From: a virus
Lineage: Duplodnaviria > Caudoviricetes
IMG/VR virus record: IMGVR_UViG_3300030090_000470
Span: 1 to 61,603 of that record
Direction: 5' to 3' (one strand)
Length of the DNA: 61,603 nt
Shown here one piece after another: positions 59,196-61,603 of this stretch. Numbering within the stretch: position 1 is the first letter of the stretch; each line of letters starts with the position of its first letter. Below the pieces are notes generated by a model. That model had not been told where the DNA came from. It searched no databases and worked only from the letters and a program-made list of their open reading frames with translations. The translations under genes and the position numbers were made by a program.

Positions 59196-59486
59196 TTAAT
59201 ACCCCTTAGTCATGTGTTCGTAGCAGTTTTTACCATTTAACGATAAAGGTAAACCACATAAACATTTTTCTTCATTACCATAATAAACATCAAACCATAT
59301 ATCAAAAAAGTGGCTTACGTCAGCAACTTTGATTTTAGTATAAGGTTCGTATATCCTATGGTAATCCCATATTGCTGAAGATACGAACTTATATGCTCGT
59401 AATCTATCTTCATCAGACATATCTAAATAGTATGTTAACCTACTGATATGCCGTAATGTTTCGTCTAATATCTTTTGTAAATCCAT
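59196..59486 (-). CDS. Hypothetical early protein
   Basis: SD AGAAAGGAG; C-terminal CLCG...CYEH. Confidence 0.7.
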   Translation of the reverse strand: MDLQKILDETLRHISRLTYYLDMSDEDRLRAYKFVSSAIWDYHRIYEPYTKIKVADVSHFFDIWFDVYYGNEEKCLCGLPLSLNGKNCYEHMTKGY

Positions 59487-59509
59487 ATATTCTCCTTTCT
59501 ATAAAAATT

Positions 59510-59613
59510 GAGAGTGTGTGCCGAGTGGGTCTTCCTCGGATTTGCATGCGTTTTTCCCCTACACACACCCTCGTCTAGTTGTGGGTATGAACGACTGTAA
59601 ATCCTCACAACTA
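59510..59613 (-). ncRNA. Two-module structured leader or small RNA
   Basis: Stems 59510-59520/59562-59572 (inner CCGAG/CTCGG) and 59576-59583/59606-59613, just downstream of a promoter. Confidence 0.5.
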
Positions 59614-59625
59614 AAACTTAATAAT

Positions 59626-59654
59626 AGTTTACTTAAGACTAACGCCAAAGTAAA
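59626..59654 (-). promoter_or_regulatory. Early promoter TTTACT-N17-TAAACT
   Basis: Repeat family. Confidence 0.75.
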
Positions 59655-59657
59655 GCA

Positions 59658-60164
59658 CTAATAATATCCCGCGATTTCCATTCCAGGCTCGTCATAAAAC
59701 GCTGTAATACTAACGCCATCACGTTCTTCTTTATATATCTCGCGTAGGTGAGCCACTGCCATTTCTGGCGGCGACCATGCTGTACTGAAACGATATTCTA
59801 AAGTTTCATTAACTTCGCATAACTCGTCGTCATACGTATTCCATTTAGTACCCCAATTCATGATATTCCAGTCATACCACCTATCGTCGTTTTGACCAGT
59901 GCTAGCAAATTTCCAAACTTCACCTATTGCTTCAGGAAAAGTATCGTCTTTTACAGGTAATTCACCAACATCACCGTATTTCTTATCAACCGAAACCCAT
60001 GACTTTTCTTTACCTGTCAAAGGTGTTTTTGACCAATTAGGTGCTGGACAAATATTATTTAAATCGAAACAAGTTTTTTCAGACTGTAAAAATTCTTTAA
60101 TTTCTTTAGCCTGTTTTTCCGACTTACAATGTATTTCTACTTTATTAAAACAATGGTTTGGCAT
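59658..60164 (-). CDS. DUF1281/YubB ferredoxin-like domain protein
   Basis: MPNHC.N, WYDWN..NWGTKWN, F.TAWSPP, YDEPG. Confidence 0.8.
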   Translation of the reverse strand: MPNHCFNKVEIHCKSEKQAKEIKEFLQSEKTCFDLNNICPAPNWSKTPLTGKEKSWVSVDKKYGDVGELPVKDDTFPEAIGEVWKFASTGQNDDRWYDWNIMNWGTKWNTYDDELCEVNETLEYRFSTAWSPPEMAVAHLREIYKEERDGVSITAFYDEPGMEIAGYY

Positions 60165-60173
60165 AATATCCTC

Positions 60174-60404
60174 CTAATCTAATAAAACCATATATGCTTT
60201 GGGCTCGTATTGTCTAAACCAATCTAAACCTACACGCATACTATCGTAATCTTCAAATAGTTCACAACCTTTAATCATGTCGTAAACTGCGATTGCATCG
60301 GCGGGTATCGTTATACTTTCGCCACTATAAGGGTTTTTCACTTTTTGTGGGTCACCCTGATATTTTTCTATACCTTTCGGATAATTTTTTTCTCTATCTT
60401 TCAT
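60174..60404 (-). CDS. Conserved small phage protein
   Basis: NPYSGES, YD.IKG.E, WF....P.AYMVLLD. Confidence 0.75.
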   Translation of the reverse strand: MKDREKNYPKGIEKYQGDPQKVKNPYSGESITIPADAIAVYDMIKGCELFEDYDSMRVGLDWFRQYEPKAYMVLLD

Positions 60405-60436
60405 AACTTTCTCCTTTCTTAATTAGTTATATTAAT

Positions 60437-60465
60437 ACTTTACTTACCAACAAGCCGAAAGTAAA
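60437..60465 (-). promoter_or_regulatory. Early promoter TTTACT-N17-TAAAGT
   Basis: Repeat family. Confidence 0.7.
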
Positions 60466-60471
60466 GCAACG

Positions 60472-60675
60472 TTATTTCATTTCTTTTTCAGTAAACATAG
60501 TATCGATAGTATCAATTACGCAGTTAATAAAATCAGCTTGGTCCCAACGTATTTCTGATTTTTCTAAAACTCCATCAGCCATGTTAGGTACTACAACATT
60601 GTTGAGCTTACGAGCGAGTGCTATAGCATTAGTTTCTATAACAGTGCCGTCATCTTTAGTTATTGTGATTTGCAT
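60472..60675 (-). CDS. Hypothetical early protein
   Basis: SD GGGAG. Confidence 0.7.
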   Translation of the reverse strand: MQITITKDDGTVIETNAIALARKLNNVVVPNMADGVLEKSEIRWDQADFINCVIDTIDTMFTEKEMK

Positions 60676-60701
60676 TATTTACTCCCATTTAAATAATAAG
60701 T

Positions 60702-60818
60702 GATAAGGCGTTGTTCATATGAGCGTAGTTCTCAAACTGGATTTATACTTTAATAGCTATCCACTTTTCCGCTAACCTTATCGTGTGAGACTGTACTATT
60801 GAGGCAATACAGTCTCAC
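60702..60818 (-). ncRNA. Structured intergenic element (11-bp hairpin plus multibranch domain)
   Basis: GTGAGACTGTA/TACAGTCTCAC; GATAAGG/CCTTATC enclosing two small hairpins. Confidence 0.45.
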
Positions 60819-60828
60819 GGTTTCCAAA

Positions 60829-61200
60829 TTATACTTCAGATAGGAAGCCTTCGCTTACTAATCTATCTTTGTAAAATCTGAAAATTCTTAAAGGGTCTTG
60901 GCATGTAGACAAGAATCCTTTTTTAACAGCTAGTGCAACTAAGTCTTGAGCAGTAAACTTTTTAGGGTCTAGCTCAGTCTTTTTAGCTTCACTAATTGTT
61001 TGTAATAAAGCATACATTTGCGGTGTAAAGCCAGTTTGTTCAGGCATAGTGCCACTGAACGTGTAGCTTTTTCTCGCTGCACCTCTAGTTTTTGCGACAG
61101 GCTTTGGCACTTTTGTTACTTGTGCTTTGCTTATAGGCTTGTCTGCAACAACCTTTGGCGGCATACTTTTAGATTTTGAAGTAGTAGTTGCTGTTCGCAT
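60829..61200 (-). CDS. Putative winged-helix-like early protein with basic N-terminal tail
   Basis: TPQMYALL..I...TCQDP.RIF.FYK.RLV.EGFL. Confidence 0.65.
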   Translation of the reverse strand: MRTATTTSKSKSMPPKVVADKPISKAQVTKVPKPVAKTRGAARKSYTFSGTMPEQTGFTPQMYALLQTISEAKKTELDPKKFTAQDLVALAVKKGFLSTCQDPLRIFRFYKDRLVSEGFLSEV

Positions 61201-61256
61201 ATCTTTCTCCTTTCTAAATATTAATTTAATCTGCTTTTATACAGACACCAAGCTTT

Positions 61257-61285
61257 ACTATACTTACCACTTTTACGAATGTAAA
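61257..61285 (-). promoter_or_regulatory. Early promoter TTTACA-N17-TATAGT
   Basis: Repeat family. Confidence 0.75.
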
Positions 61286-61297
61286 GCAGCAAGTTCA

Positions 61298-61588
61298 TTA
61301 AGCGATACGCCAGACTCTTATACCTGATGTTTCTACTGGTGTAGGATTAGAAGGGTCAGATATTTCTTCAAGTCTATAACGTAATACAAACTTCCACTCA
61401 GGTTCTTGTTTTTTACAAAAAGTCCTAGTAGATTGTTGTAATCTATTTTTTGCACGAGTTGCATTATCATCTTCTCGCAATTCAATAAAAACTGAATCGC
61501 CGACTTCCATATCGCCCCATGCGTATTGTGAACCTCTACCCCTGATATCTTCAGGGATAGGAACTCCTTTTTCTATATTAAATTTCAT
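61298..61588 (-). CDS. Small conserved phage protein (putative DNA-binding)
   Basis: IEKGVPIP..RG...Y.W..MEVGDS.F...G.RVWR; its 5' end is duplicated at 1-128. Confidence 0.8.
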   Translation of the reverse strand: MKFNIEKGVPIPEDIRGRGSQYAWGDMEVGDSVFIELREDDNATRAKNRLQQSTRTFCKKQEPEWKFVLRYRLEEISDPSNPTPVETSGIRVWRIA

Positions 61589-61603
61589 TAGTGTATATCC
61601 TCG
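61461..61603. repeat. Terminal direct repeat, right copy
   Basis: Matches 1-143. Confidence 0.95.

Overview
This window looks like a complete, circularly assembled ~61.5 kb genome of an AT-rich tailed dsDNA phage: bases 1-143 repeat at 61461-61603 with one synonymous mismatch. The architecture is podovirus-like and resembles uncultured marine phages; the host cannot be determined from the sequence. Almost every gene is on the minus strand, the exception being a SNF2 helicase. Modules: (1) small early genes, most behind a repeated sigma70-type promoter and interspersed with structured non-coding elements (~52-61.6 kb, continuing to 2.5 kb); (2) replication genes (PolA, SF1 helicase, AEP primase, SSB, SNF2); (3) inside that module, a thymidine-hypermodification cluster (SAM methyltransferase, aGPT-Pplase1/5-hmdU-DNA-kinase-type protein, dUMP hydroxymethylase-like TS, MazG/Nmad1-like protein) with an AlkB-like dioxygenase nearby; (4) putative internal/ejection proteins; (5) a curli-like secretion and signalling cassette (CsgF, CsgG, curlin-repeat protein, FecR protein, CHASE2 adenylate cyclase); (6) a cluster of very basic small proteins plus lysozyme; (7) tail, capsid, portal and terminase genes. 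The best candidates for undescribed biology are the atypical hypermodification cluster, the curli-FecR-cyclase cassette, and a ~510-nt array of structured RNA modules in the early region. All family assignments are by motif recognition; no searches were run.
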